Source: an uncultured Gemmatimonadales bacterium (lineage in GTDB: Bacteria > Gemmatimonadota > Gemmatimonadetes > Longimicrobiales > RSA9). Taken from it: a stretch of 64,000 nt of DNA. The notes below the pieces were generated by a model. It had not been told where the DNA came from, ran no database searches, and was given only the letters and a program-made list of their open reading frames with translations. Below are positions 8,969 to 19,677 of the stretch, piece by piece. Every line of letters begins with the position of its first letter. The stretch's first letter is position 1. The position numbers and the translations under genes are program-made. The stretch spans positions 32,001 through 96,000 of the forward strand of contig CAWCRS010000002.1 of NCBI GenBank assembly GCA_963798085.1. Reading direction: 5' to 3'.

Positions 8969-10936
8969 TCAGACAATGGCGGTGGCGTCCGATGTCTCGG
9001 GGTGGTCCGGCGGCGAGGCCCGCCGCGCGGGCGGCGTGAATCCCAGCGCCTCGCCCGGCTCGGGCAGTGGCTCGGTGATGGTGGAGTCGATGCCCGGGAT
9101 GCCGGCGAACACCTGCAGCGCAAAGGCCACGCGACCGAAGGGCGCACTCACCTGCACACCCTGCACGTACGGCCGCACACGACCCAGCATCTCGCGCGCA
9201 ATCGTGATGCCTTCCGCCAGCCCCGCTTCCTTGCCCTTTGCGCTGGCGCGCTGCATGCGCTCGACGATCTCGGGCGGCACCACCACGCCCGGCACTTCAT
9301 TGGCCATGAACTCCGCGTTGCGCGCCGAAACCAGCGGCCAGATGCCCGAGACGATGGGAATGCGCATGCCGCGCTTCTCGATCTCCTCCAGGAATCGCAG
9401 CAGCTGGTCCGGGTCGAACACCGGCTGCGTGATCGCGTACTCCGCGCCCGCCTCGACTTTCCAGTAGAACCGGTTCAGCTCGTACTCGAGGTCCACGGCG
9501 CCCGGATTGACGCCCACGCCAATGGTGAACGACGTGGGCTCGCCAATGGCATTGCCGCCCGGGTCCATCCCGTGGTTCAGCCGGCTCACCAGGTTGGTCA
9601 GGCCGATGGCATCAATGTCGAAGACGGCGGTCGCCTCGGGGTACGGCCCCATCTTGGGCGGGTCGCCCGTGATTAACAGCATGTTACGGAGCCCCAGGGC
9701 GTGAGCGCCCAGCAGGTCCGACAGCATGCCCAGCAGGTTGCGGTCGCGACACGTGTAGTGCACGATCGTCTCGATGCCCACCACCTGCTCGATCAGGGTG
9801 GCCGTGGGCAGCACGCCCATGCGCATCTGCGCGCGCGGACCATCCGGCACATTCACGCCATCAATGCCCGCGCGCTTCAGCAGCTTCACGCCGGCCAGCA
9901 TCTTCGCCGGCTCGATGCCGCGCGGCGGCACGATTTCCACCGTGGTCACCAGCTGGCCTGCGGCCAGCTTGCGGCCCCAGTTCGAGCGCTCGGCCAGCGG
10001 CATGACGCGCACGTCGGGTGCAGCCGCGTCCAGCGGGTGCGCGCGCACCACCACCCGCCGCGGCGCCAGCGCATACACCGCGTCAGCGATCGCCTTGATG
10101 TGTTCCGGCGTCGTGCCGCAGCACCCGCCCACCAGCTTGGCCCCCGCCTGGATCAGTCGCTTCGCGAACTTGCCCACGTACTCGGGCGAGGCCATGTACA
10201 TCTTGCGACCCTGGATCTCGCGCGGCAGTCCGGCATTGGGCTGCGCCGTCAGCTTGCGCTGCGTCACCGGCGCCATGCGCTCGATGGCTGCCAGAATGCC
10301 CGCCGGCCCCACCGAGCAGTTCAGCCCGATGGCATCCGCGCCCCACTGGTCCAGCCTCGCCGTCAGCGTTTCCGGCGATGTGCCAAACGCCGTGTTACCA
10401 TCCTCCAGGATCGTCATCTGGCAGATCACGGAAACATCGCCTGCCTCACGCACGGCCAGGAGCGCCTGCTGCATCTCCGCCAGGTCGCTGAACGTCTCCA
10501 GCAGGATGAAGTCCGCGCCCCCTTCCAGCAGCCCTTCCGCCTGCTCGCGGAAAATGGCACGCGCATCCGCCAGCGACGTGGGACCATAGGGCTCGATCCG
10601 GATGCCCAGCGGCCCCATCGCTCCGGCCACCAGCGCCCGGTCTCCCGCCACTTCCTTGGCAAGCTGCGCCGCCCGCGCGTTCACCTCGCGCACCTGCCCG
10701 TCCAGCCCGTACTCGCTCAGCTTCACCCGATTCGCGCCAAAGCTGTTCGTCTCCACCAGCTCCGCGCCCGACTTGATGTAGCGCCGATGGATGTCCCGGA
10801 TCAGGTCCGGCTCGCGCAGGTTCAGCTCGTCATAACACCGATTGATGAACACGCCCCGATGGTACAGCATCGTACCCATCGCGCCATCGAACACATGCGG
10901 TCTCTCATCCGTCAGGAAATCGAGGAGCGTTGGCAC
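8969..10936 (-). CDS. Bifunctional homocysteine S-methyltransferase / methylenetetrahydrofolate reductase (YitJ-like)
   Basis: N-terminal FDGAMGT, GLNCSVGP and GGCCGTTPEHI (Zn-binding HMT domain); C-terminal MTHFR motifs HYTCRDRN, ITGDPP, AITQPVFD. Confidence 0.92.
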   Translation of the reverse strand: MPTLLDFLTDERPHVFDGAMGTMLYHRGVFINRCYDELNLREPDLIRDIHRRYIKSGAELVETNSFGANRVKLSEYGLDGQVREVNARAAQLAKEVAGDRALVAGAMGPLGIRIEPYGPTSLADARAIFREQAEGLLEGGADFILLETFSDLAEMQQALLAVREAGDVSVICQMTILEDGNTAFGTSPETLTARLDQWGADAIGLNCSVGPAGILAAIERMAPVTQRKLTAQPNAGLPREIQGRKMYMASPEYVGKFAKRLIQAGAKLVGGCCGTTPEHIKAIADAVYALAPRRVVVRAHPLDAAAPDVRVMPLAERSNWGRKLAAGQLVTTVEIVPPRGIEPAKMLAGVKLLKRAGIDGVNVPDGPRAQMRMGVLPTATLIEQVVGIETIVHYTCRDRNLLGMLSDLLGAHALGLRNMLLITGDPPKMGPYPEATAVFDIDAIGLTNLVSRLNHGMDPGGNAIGEPTSFTIGVGVNPGAVDLEYELNRFYWKVEAGAEYAITQPVFDPDQLLRFLEEIEKRGMRIPIVSGIWPLVSARNAEFMANEVPGVVVPPEIVERMQRASAKGKEAGLAEGITIAREMLGRVRPYVQGVQVSAPFGRVAFALQVFAGIPGIDSTITEPLPEPGEALGFTPPARRASPPDHPETSDATAIV

Positions 10937-11005
10937 TATTGCGCTCTCTGGCTCTTGAATGCGTTGCTGGGGCTGGTTGCTCGGGCTGGTTGCTTGGGAA
11001 CGGAA

Positions 11006-11450
11006 TCAAGCGCAACCGCGACGGGATGACCGATCGCTTCGGCGAATTGCCTGAATCGCCCCCCGCGGGAGAGTCGGCTCGAATCGTCCGCAGTCTCCGC
11101 CTTTCTGTAACCTGATCATTCGGGTCAACATTGCGCAGATAGTCTCGAGTCTGCCGTTCGCTGAATCCGCGATCGCTTGGTCGACCAACCGGCTTCGCCC
11201 CAGCTGGTCGAATGCCGTCGCCGCCTGCGCGGCCGAACGTCGCGCGATCCGATAGAACCGCACCTTCTCACGCGGTGCATACTCCGCTACACCCTCCGCA
11301 ATGTTCAATGCAATCGACCAGGTCGCCCGCAGCAACTGATCCGCCAGCGGCCAAGCAGCGTCGCGGCACATGACGCGTCGCTTGAAAAGCCACGTCGCTC
11401 ATTTCCAGCGCCGCCTCATACACCCGAGAGCGGTGTGCGAACGACCCCAT
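11006..11450 (-). CDS. Four-helix-bundle protein (23S rRNA IVP / Avd-like family), frameshifted near 11365
   Basis: Joining ORFs 11268..11450 (MGSFAH..RVYEAALEMSD) and 11006..11371 gives LADQLLRATWSIALNIAEG..REKVRFYRIARRSAAQ..ICAMLTRMI, the family signature; GGAGG RBS before ATG 11450. Confidence 0.85.
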
Positions 11451-11451
11451 G

Positions 11452-11479
11452 CTGATCCTCCGATGAACAGGAGGATCAG
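11452..11479 (-). promoter_or_regulatory. Perfect 10-bp hairpin sequestering the RBS of the four-helix-bundle gene
   Basis: Minus strand reads CTGATCCTCC-TGTTCATC-GGAGGATCAG-C-ATG. Confidence 0.7.
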
Positions 11480-11648
11480 ACTAATGATGCGCTCGTCAAC
11501 ATCAATAGCCAGACAAGCCGTCAATCCACCGCTGCTGAGCCGTGAATCTGTTCCCGGCCAGCCCGAGCACGAGCCCTGTAAATGCAGTTGATCCGTACAC
11601 GTCGTTCCCGGGCAACCAGCCCCAGCCCAAGCCCAGGCAACGCAGGCC

Positions 11649-14600
11649 TCAAGCCCCGAAGTACTTGGCTTCCGGATGATGCACGACGAGCGCCGCCGTC
11701 GACAGTTCGGGCACCAGCGCGCCCGCTTCCGTGACATCCATGCCCAGACGTTCGCGCGCGGGCAGCAGGCGGAACACGATATGATGCTGGCGATGGTCCG
11801 GGCACGCCGGGTAGCCCCACGAATAGCGCAGCCCGCGATTCATGGGCAGTCCCAGCTCCTTGCGGATCATGCGGTGCACCAGCTCGGCGCTGGCTTCGGC
11901 CAGGCGCACGCCGAAACCGTGCAGGAAATAGCCCTCGCCGTAATCGCCCCCCTGCATCAGCGACTGTGACTTCTCGAGCAGCTTGTCGCCCAGCGTCACG
12001 AGTTGCAGGGCGACGACATCGCGTCCACCGTTTTCGAGCGGCTGAAAGTAATCGGCAAGGCAGAGTTCATCGCGATCGCTCTGCCGCGGGAAATCGAAGC
12101 GCTCGATCGCCCGCTTCGGGTCGGCGGGATCGAAGACCACAAGCACATCGCCATTGGCCGCCGCCGGGAAATAGCCATAGACCGCGCGCGGCGCGGCCCA
12201 TCCGCCCGCGAGCGCTTCCGTCCGGTACCGCTCCAGGCGCGGCTCGAACTCGTCCTTCACCAGCCGCTCCCACTGCTCGCCCTTCGCGTTCTTCGCGCCC
12301 CAGTGCAGGCGGTACAGCGTATTGAGGTCGATGAAGCGGAACACATTGGCAAGCGGCAGCCGCGGCAGCACCTTCACACCCAGGAACGGCGCCTTCGGAA
12401 TCTCGATGTCGCGCGACGGCCCGCCCGTGTTGCGCGGCTTCTGTGTCGCCTTCGCGCGTTCCTGCAGCGCGGCGCGCTTGGCCACACCCTCGCGCACCTC
12501 GTCATGACGTCGCCGCACGAACTCGCCGCGACAGGCCTCATCCACGAGTGCCTCGACGGACGCGAGCCCCTCGAACGCATCCTTGCAGTACCACACACCC
12601 GGTCCGTACAGCTCGGCCTGCGCATCATCCACGAACGATGCCATGCGGCCGAACGACGGATTGATGGCGGCGCCGCCGATCAGCACCGGGAAGCGCAGGC
12701 CGCGCGCGTGCAGCTCGCGCACACACAGCGGCATCTGCTTCGACGTCGACACCAGCAGCGCGGACAGGCCAATGGCATCCGCGTTCACTTCGACCGCTTT
12801 CTCGATGATGGTGTTGACCGGCACCTGCTTGCCCAGGTCGTACACGGTGTAGCCGTTGTTCGAGAGGATCGTGTTGACCAGGCTCTTGCCGATGTCGTGC
12901 ACATCACCGAACACCGTCGCCAGTACTACCTTCCCTTGGTCTGGCCCTCCACCTTGTCCAGGTACGTCTCCACCCTGGCCACCGCCCGCTTCATCACTTC
13001 CGCCGACTGCAGCACGAATGGCAGGATCAGCTCGCCCGCCCCGAACTTGTCGCCCACTTCCTTCATGGCGGGCAGTAACACGTTGTTAAGTACCCATACG
13101 CCTGCGTCGTTGGCGGTTGCAGCCGCGTTGCTCGCGCTGATTGCTGGGCTGTTGCCGGGAAACGGAATCCGGCTCCGCGCCGCTCTCTGCTCCCGGGAAA
13201 CCCGCCCCAGCAGCCAGCCCCAGCAACGCAGTTCGCTTCTCGACCGCCGCGTCGATGAGCGCCTCCACACCCTCCTTGCGCCGATGCAGAATGCACCAGT
13301 GGATGGCCTGCTCGGGCTCCATGTCGGCGGTAGGGTCGATAACAGTCTGTTCCTCGACCTGCACGGATTCGAAGAACGCGATGTAGCGCGCCAGCGCATC
13401 TTCGCGGCGATCGAAGATCAGGTCGTCCGCCAGCTGGCGCTGCTCTTCATCGACTTCCGCGTACGGCGTGATGTGCGCGGGGTTCACAATCGCCATGTCG
13501 AGGCCCGCTTCCACGCAGTGGTGCAGGAACACGGAATTGAGAACCGCGCGCGCGTGTTTGCCCAGTCCGAACGAGACGTTGGACACACCCAGGCTGGTGA
13601 GCACGCCGGGCAGCTCCCGCTTGATGCAGGCGGATGCCTTCGATCGTCTCGATCGCGCTGCGCCGGAACTCGGCATCGCCGGTCGCCAGCGTGAACGTGA
13701 GATCGTCGAAAATCAGGTCGCCGCGGCTCCAGGCCGTACTCCTGCGTGACCATGTCGTGGATGCGACTGCGCGATCTCCAGCTTGCGCTCCGCCGTCTTG
13801 GCCATGCCCGACTTCATCGATCGTCAATGCGACGACCGCGGCGCCGTGCTCGACGACGTGCGGCACCACCGCCTCGATGCGCAGCTCGCCCGTTCTCGAG
13901 GTTGATCGAGTTGACGACGGCGCGGCCCGGATAGCGCTTGAGCGCCGCTTCCACCACGTCCGCCTCGGTCGAGTCGATCACCAGCGGCGTCTCCACGCTC
14001 TGTGCCAGCAGCTTGACGACCGCGGCCATTTGGTCGCCTTCATCCTGCCGCTCCGTCAGCGCCACACACACATCGAGCAGATGCGCGCCAGCCTTCGACC
14101 TGGCGGCGCCCGACGCGCAGGATGCCCTCGTAGTCATCGGCCAGCAGCAGCCGCTTCACGGCGCGCGAGCCCTGACGTGTTCACACGCTCGCCGATCAGC
14201 GTGGGCGGCGGGTCCTGGTGCAGCGCTGTAGGCCGTCATGGCGCTGGCCGCACGCGCTACCGTGGGCACATCGCCGCCGCAGCGGCGCACGGCCCCGCAC
14301 GCGCTCCACGACCGCGCGCATGTGCTCCGGCGTCGTGCCGCAGCAGCCACCCACGATGGCGACGCCGATCTTCGTGACGAATTCCTCGTGCGCTTCCGCC
14401 AGCCCGTCGGGCGTCAGCGGATAGACCGCGACGCCGCCTTCATTGTGCGGGATGCCCGCGTTAGGGATCACGCTGACGGGACGGCGCGAATTCTCGCACA
14501 GATAGCGGACCGGTTGCCGCATGTGCTCCGGACCGGTCGAGCAGTTGAGCCCGACCATGTCCGCGCGCATGGCTTCCAGAATCACCAGCGACGCGGCAAT

Positions 14601-15243
14601 GTCGGTGCCCAGCAGCATGCGCTCCGAGGTGTCGAGCGTGACCTGCGCCTGGATGGGAACGCTGACACCACTTTCGCGGAAGTACCGGCGTATGCCCGCG
14701 ATCTGCGCCTTGACCTCGAGAATGTCCTGGCTGGTCTCGATCAGCAGTACGTCGACGCCGCCCTCGACCAGTCCCCGCGCCTGCTCCGCGAACGTCGTCG
14801 CGCAGCTCCTCGTAGGTGATGTTGCCCAGCGTGGGATCGGACGTGCTCGGCAGGAAACCACTCGGCCCGATGCTGCCCGCCACGAAGCGCGGATATTCGC
14901 TCGTCGCAAACCGGTCTGCCATGCGCCGCGCCAGCTGCGCCGCGACGCGATTCATCTCGAGCACACGATCGTGCAGCCCGTACTCGCGCAGCGTCAGACG
15001 ATTGGCGCGGAACGTGTTGGTCTCCAGCACGTCGCAGCCCACTTCCAGGAACGACGCATGGATCGATTCGATGGCGTCCGGCCGCGAAAGCACCAGGTGG
15101 TCATTGCAGCCTTCCAGCCCGGGGCCGCCGAAATCGGCTGCTGTCAGACCGAGCTTCTGGATGCTCGTGCCCATGGCCCCGTCGAAAATCAGAACGCGGC
15201 GTGTCGAGCAGTTCCAGGTATGCAGATTCCGTGCAGCGTGCAT
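11649..15243 (-). CDS. metH: Cobalamin-dependent methionine synthase, several frameshifts (probable assembly indels)
   Basis: Ordered domain pieces: FDGAMGT/GLNCSTGP/GGCCGTTP (Hcy), IDST..VVNSINLE and LGVSNVSFG (pterin), LLPAMKEVGDKFGAGELILPFVLQSAEVMK (cap), GDVHDIGK..GLSALL (B12), RYSWGYPACPD (reactivation). Confidence 0.92.
13125..13229. repeat. Family A palindromic element inserted inside the metH cap-domain coding region
   Basis: GCGTTGCTCGCGCTGATTGCTGGGCTGTTGCCGGGAAACGGAATC...TCCCGGGAAACCCGCCCCAGCAGCCAGCCCCAGCAACGC lies between the EALIDAAVEKR and VWVLNNVLLPAM codons. Confidence 0.85.
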
Positions 15244-15258
15244 CCCGACCCCGAATGC

Positions 15259-15288
15259 AAAAAGGCCCCGCAATGAAAGTGCGGGGCC
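15259..15288 (-). terminator. Intrinsic terminator in the metH leader (riboswitch expression platform)
   Basis: Minus strand GGCCCCGCA-CTTTCAT-TGCGGGGCC-TTTTT, about 15 nt before the metH ATG. Confidence 0.85.
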
Positions 15289-15316
15289 GGCTTGCTTCGC
15301 TATCCGTGTCCCGGCA

Positions 15317-15389
15317 CTTTAGCTTTTGTTTGGCGCGCCTCCGGAGGCACGCGCGGCGGTAGCAAGCGGCCGTACAAATCCATCCGCCG
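15317..15389 (-). ncRNA. SAM-II-like riboswitch aptamer with an extra inserted hairpin
   Basis: Minus strand CGGCGG-AT-GGATTTG-TACGGCCG-CTTGC-TA-CCGCCG-[CGCGTGCCTCCGGAGGCGCGC]-CAAACAAAA-GCTAAAG resembles the SAM-II pattern (GATTT..CCG..TTGC..P1'..AAA..GCTAAA); located upstream of metH. Confidence 0.72.
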
Positions 15390-15443
15390 GTTCATGTTAT
15401 CGGAAAGTGTAGCGTAGCACTTGAGGTACGTCAAGCTGCGGCC

Positions 15444-17600
15444 TCAGTGCGCCGAACAGTCACGATTTCCGCCGTCTGCCTCGAAGCCTTCTGCCCAGCG
15501 CACGGGCAGACGCACACGGAATCGCGTGCCTTTGCCCGGCTCGCTTTCCACACTGCACATCGCCACCCAGGACGCGCGCCAGCCGGCGCGCCACACTCAG
15601 CCCGAGTCCGGCACCGCCCGCGCGACGCGTCGACTGACTGGTCGACCTGCCAGAAGGGATCGAAGATGCGCGCCAGGTGTTCCGGCGCGATGCCGATGCC
15701 CGTGTCCTGCACCGTGAACGTGATCTCGTCCTGCTCCGCTACCAGCGCTGCTGAGAGATTCACTTCGCCGTGATCCGTGAACTTCAGCGCATTCGCCAGC
15801 AGATTGAGCAGGATCTGACGGAGCTTCGTCGCATCCGATTCGATGACCGCTTCGAGTCCGGGAGTCTGCACGCGGAAGCGAATGCCGCGTTCCGCCGCCA
15901 CGGGCTCTACCAGTCCCGCCGCCTCGCGCAGCATCTCGGCGACGCGCAGCCGCACGGGTCGCATGCGCTCGCGTCCCAGCTCGAGCCGCGCGTAGACCAG
16001 GATCTGCTCGATCAGGCTCAGCAGATGCGACGCCGCGAGGCGGATGCGCTGCACGTACGACGCGTGCCTTCTCCGGCAGCGGCTCGGGCACGCCCGCCAG
16101 CATCAGGTCGGTGTACCCCGTGACCGTCGTGAGCGGTGTGCGCAGCTCGTGTGACATCACGGCGAGGAAGTCGGACTTCGAGCGGTTCGCGATGAGCGCC
16201 TCCTCGTACAGCCTCGCCTGCTGGATCGCGGCCGCCGCGCGATTGGCCAGCTCTTCCGCCAGCAGCAGATCGCGGTCCTCGTAGTGAGGCTCGAGCGAGC
16301 CGCGATAGAACGAGATCGCGCCCAGCGTCCTGCCGCCCGCACGCAGCGGCGCGATGATCGCCGACTGGAAATCGAATTGCCGAGCCATGCCGCGTGCGCT
16401 TCATCGCGCGCGATGCTCTCGCGCACGGAATCGTTGATCACGGGAAGAAACGGATGAGGCCCGTGCGGATCACCTCCGCCACCGGATGGTCGGAATCCGG
16501 CGTCAGGTTCTGCGCCGGCGCGGTTCCGTCGGCGATTGCGCGGCCGGATCCACGTGCGCCGCCTCCAGCCGCCGCGTGGCGCCATCCTCGCCCACCATAT
16601 CCACGAGGCAGCAGTCCGCGAACGTCGGGAACACAAAGCCGCGCGACACTGCGCAGCGTGCGACTCGTAATCCAGTGATGCGGCCAGTGCGGAGCCGGTT
16701 TCGGCCAGCAGGCGCTGCGCCGTTCCACGTGCTTGCGCGCCGTGACGTCCGTCGCGATGCGTACCAGACCCAGTCGTTTGCCCGGCTTCATCGCGGATCG
16801 GCGAATCGCTGATGATCACGGCGACGCCGTGCCATCGGGCCGGCGACTTCCATCTCGCCCGACCCAGAAGTCGCCGCGCCGCAGGCGGGACAGCGTGTCT
16901 TCACGCGCCGCCGGCGGATCCGGCATGATGTCGGTGATGCAGCCGCCGCGCCGACTGCTTCGCCGATACCCGAACAGATCGCGTCGCCGGTCCGTTCCAG
17001 TAGACGACGCGCCCGTGACATCGGTCGCGATTACCGCCTGCCCGACCGCGTCCAGAAGCCGAGCCTGGAAGCGCACCGCCTCCTGCGCCCGCTCCACGCT
17101 GGCCAGCGCGCCCGCCAGCTCTCGCTGCTTCGCTTCCGCATCCGACAGCAGCTGGCGCTCCTTGCGCAGCAGCTCGTCGAGGCGGCGCCGGAAACGCCCC
17201 ACGAAAACGATCGTGACCACCACCAGTATGGCCAGACGATGGCGCGCAGGTTGGCCGTGGACTCGCTGTTGGGCGCGAGCAGCGCACCGTGCCACGTCAG
17301 GCTGTAGACTTCGTACAGTACAGCCACCACACCCGCGGCCGCGCCCACCCGCATGCCATCGAGGTACGTCGCGTATGCCACCGCTCCCAGCAGCACGATG
17401 GCGGGCTGCGGCACGGGCACGCCCAGCAGCTGCATCACTTCAATGGCAAAGGCGGTCAGCAGCGTGAGCAGCAGACCCGCCGAATGCGGCAGCGTAGTGC
17501 CCGGCAGGCGGGGCAGCTGCGAGAGCAGCCCGTGCGGGACTTCCTCCGGCGCGCGGTTCCTTCCCGTCTCCTCGCTCGTCGTCCGCTCCATTCGCTTCAT
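15444..17600 (-). CDS. Membrane-anchored PAS/GAF sensor histidine kinase, multiply frameshifted
   Basis: N-terminal TM helices, FQARLLDAVGQAVIATD (PAS), GAF segment APLRAGGRTLGAISF, H-box MSHELRTPL, N-box QILLNLLANALKF, DTGIGI, IFDPFWQ. Confidence 0.85.
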
Positions 17601-17604
17601 CAGA

Positions 17605-18913
17605 TTAACGAGTGCTGCCACCGCATCCGGCTGCACCGGCAGCGCGGCGGTCAGCACTTCGGCCCCGTCTTCCGTGACCAGCACATCGTCCTCGATACGC
17701 ACAGCTATACCGCGCAGGGCCGCCGGTGCTTCCGTGTGCGCCGCGAATGTAGAGCCCGGGCTCAACCGTGAACACCATCCCCGGCTCCAGCACACGCGGC
17801 GCATCGCTCTGCACGTAGTCGCCCGCATCGTGCACATCCAGTCCCAGCCAGTGCGATGTGCGGTGCGGGTACCACTGGCTGATCTCGCGATCTTCCGCGA
17901 CCAGTGTGTCCACATCGCCGCGCACCAGCCCCAGCTCGACCATGCCGCGCACCAGCTCGCGCTGCGCCGCGTCGTGCACGTCGCGGATGCTGGCGCCCGG
18001 CCGCACCGCAGCAATGCCCGCACCGTGCGCCCCTAAAACAATGTCATACACGGCCCGCCAGGCGCCCTGCCAGCGTCCGGACACCGGGAACACGCGTGTG
18101 ATGTCCGCGCAGTACATTGCGGCCCGCGCACCCGCATCCAGCAGCACGCCGTCCGCAGCACGCAGCGGCTGATCATTCGCGACGTAGTGCAGCACCGTCG
18201 CGTTGGCGCCGCCCGCCACGATGCTGGGAAACGCCGGGCCGCTCGCACCGCGCCGCCGGAACCCGTTCTCCAGCGCCGCTTCCACCTGCCACTCGCCCGC
18301 ACCATCGCGCACAACCCGTACGGCCTCCGCGAAGCTCTCCACGCTGATGCGCGCCGCGGCGCGCATCGCCGTCAGCTCCCCGTCATCCTTGCGCAGGCGC
18401 AGTTCGTTCAGCAGCAGCCCCGGATCCACCAGACGCAGCGGACCATGCCCCGTGCGCGCGCGCCCCCGGCGCCACCGGCCACGGACCGTACCGGAATTGC
18501 ATCCAGTTCCGGACGGCCGCGCATCCAGCCTGGCGTACACCGTGTCCACGTCGCTCAGCGCCCGCCCCAGCTTCTCCGCCAGGTCCGACACCGGCCACGC
18601 CGCATCCGCGCAGAACTGCTCCCTCGCCGCTTCAACACCGCCTCGCACGCCCGTCCACTGCTCCTTCTGCGGGTCGCGCGGCCGTACGAATAGCGTGAAC
18701 GGCGCGCTCGCCGTCATCCGGCTTGAGCAGCAGCACCGCTTCTGGTTCGCTATAGCCTGTCAGATAGTATAGATCGGTATCGACGACATATTTCACCTCT
18801 GCGTCCTGACCGACACGCAGTTCCGGCGAGGCGCCCAGCACCAGCGCCGACCGCGCACCCATGGCCTGGAGCACGCGCTCGCGCCTTTCCGCATGCCGGT
18901 AGCCCGTGCTCAC
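17605..18913 (-). CDS. pepP: Xaa-Pro aminopeptidase (M24B), frameshifted
   Basis: DLYYLTGYSEPEA N-domain, LLDAGA..YCADITR, HRTSHWLGLDVHD, TVEPGLY, VRIEDDVLVT. Confidence 0.9.
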
Positions 18914-19677
18914 GGTTTCTCCTGCGGGCCTGACGCCCGCACGCGCACTGTCCAGAAGAGTCGGGTGTCCAGTGTGATCAGCCCCAGGTAATCGCCGGGC
19001 GGATCCTGCAGATTCACCGATTGGCTGAAGATCAGTCGTGCCTCGATCGAGTCTCCCGCCGGTATCCAGCGGGCTGGAACGAAGATAGTATCGGGCGGCG
19101 GCCCATCGGCGCTGATGTTGAACGCACCGTCCTTTCCGCCCAGCCGCAGGAACCATTGCCGGATCGCCGGTTTCGGCTGGAGCGGACTGCTGCCCACCCT
19201 CACGCGCAGGCTCAGGTCCTGGCCCGCCTCCAGCCCCAGAGAATCCGGGCCGGCCCGCTCTACCGCCACCCAATCCATGGCCGGTGGCGGTGCGGTGACC
19301 GCCTTGACTGCAGGCGCCCGCAGGCTCACGGTCTGGCCCACTACGCCGGGATCGGTGCTCCAGCTCGCGAGATAGCGGCGGGTCCCGTTGCTCTGCACGC
19401 TGTCCGGTTCGAGTGCGCGACCCAGCACTTCCAGCGCATTGCCGCTCAACTCGCGCCGGAAGCCGTCCGCGCCCAGGCCCGGTACGAGGCGGGCGTCCAC
19501 GTCCACCGTCCCCCGATCGGTGAGACGGATCGTCGCCTCGATCACCGCCGGTGCACCCAGGTCCGGCAGGTCCGGCTCCACGAAATCGATACAGCCGGCC
19601 ACACCCGCGCAAGCGACCAGTGCACCCAGGGCCGCACTCCGCCTCAGCGCGCCAGGAAGATCGCCTCCATCTCCCAT
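18910..19677 (-). CDS. Hypothetical lipoprotein
   Basis: Lipobox-like ALVACAGVAGC followed by a beta-rich domain; overlaps its neighbours in an operon-like arrangement. Confidence 0.65.
   Translation of the reverse strand: MGDGGDLPGALRRSAALGALVACAGVAGCIDFVEPDLPDLGAPAVIEATIRLTDRGTVDVDARLVPGLGADGFRRELSGNALEVLGRALEPDSVQSNGTRRYLASWSTDPGVVGQTVSLRAPAVKAVTAPPPAMDWVAVERAGPDSLGLEAGQDLSLRVRVGSSPLQPKPAIRQWFLRLGGKDGAFNISADGPPPDTIFVPARWIPAGDSIEARLIFSQSVNLQDPPGDYLGLITLDTRLFWTVRVRASGPQEKP

Larger units (their letters stand above)
10960..11644. mobile_element. Putative inverted-repeat-bounded element (family A) carrying a four-helix-bundle gene
   Basis: Left arm TGCGTTGCTGGGGCTGGTTGCTCGGGCTGGTTGCTTGGGAACG at 10960-11002; right arms ~11550-11586 (degenerate) and 11603-11644; lies between the co-oriented metH and yitJ-like genes. 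Mobility is inferred, not shown. Confidence 0.6.

Noticed and set aside
10960..11644. Diversity-generating retroelement suggested by the Avd-like gene
   Set aside because: No reverse transcriptase and no template/variable repeat pair differing at adenines was seen in the window.
17031..18023. PepP-histidine kinase fusion
   Set aside because: The run-through depends on the frame in an indel-rich stretch; a TAA at 17605 and an ATG at 17600 fit two separate genes.
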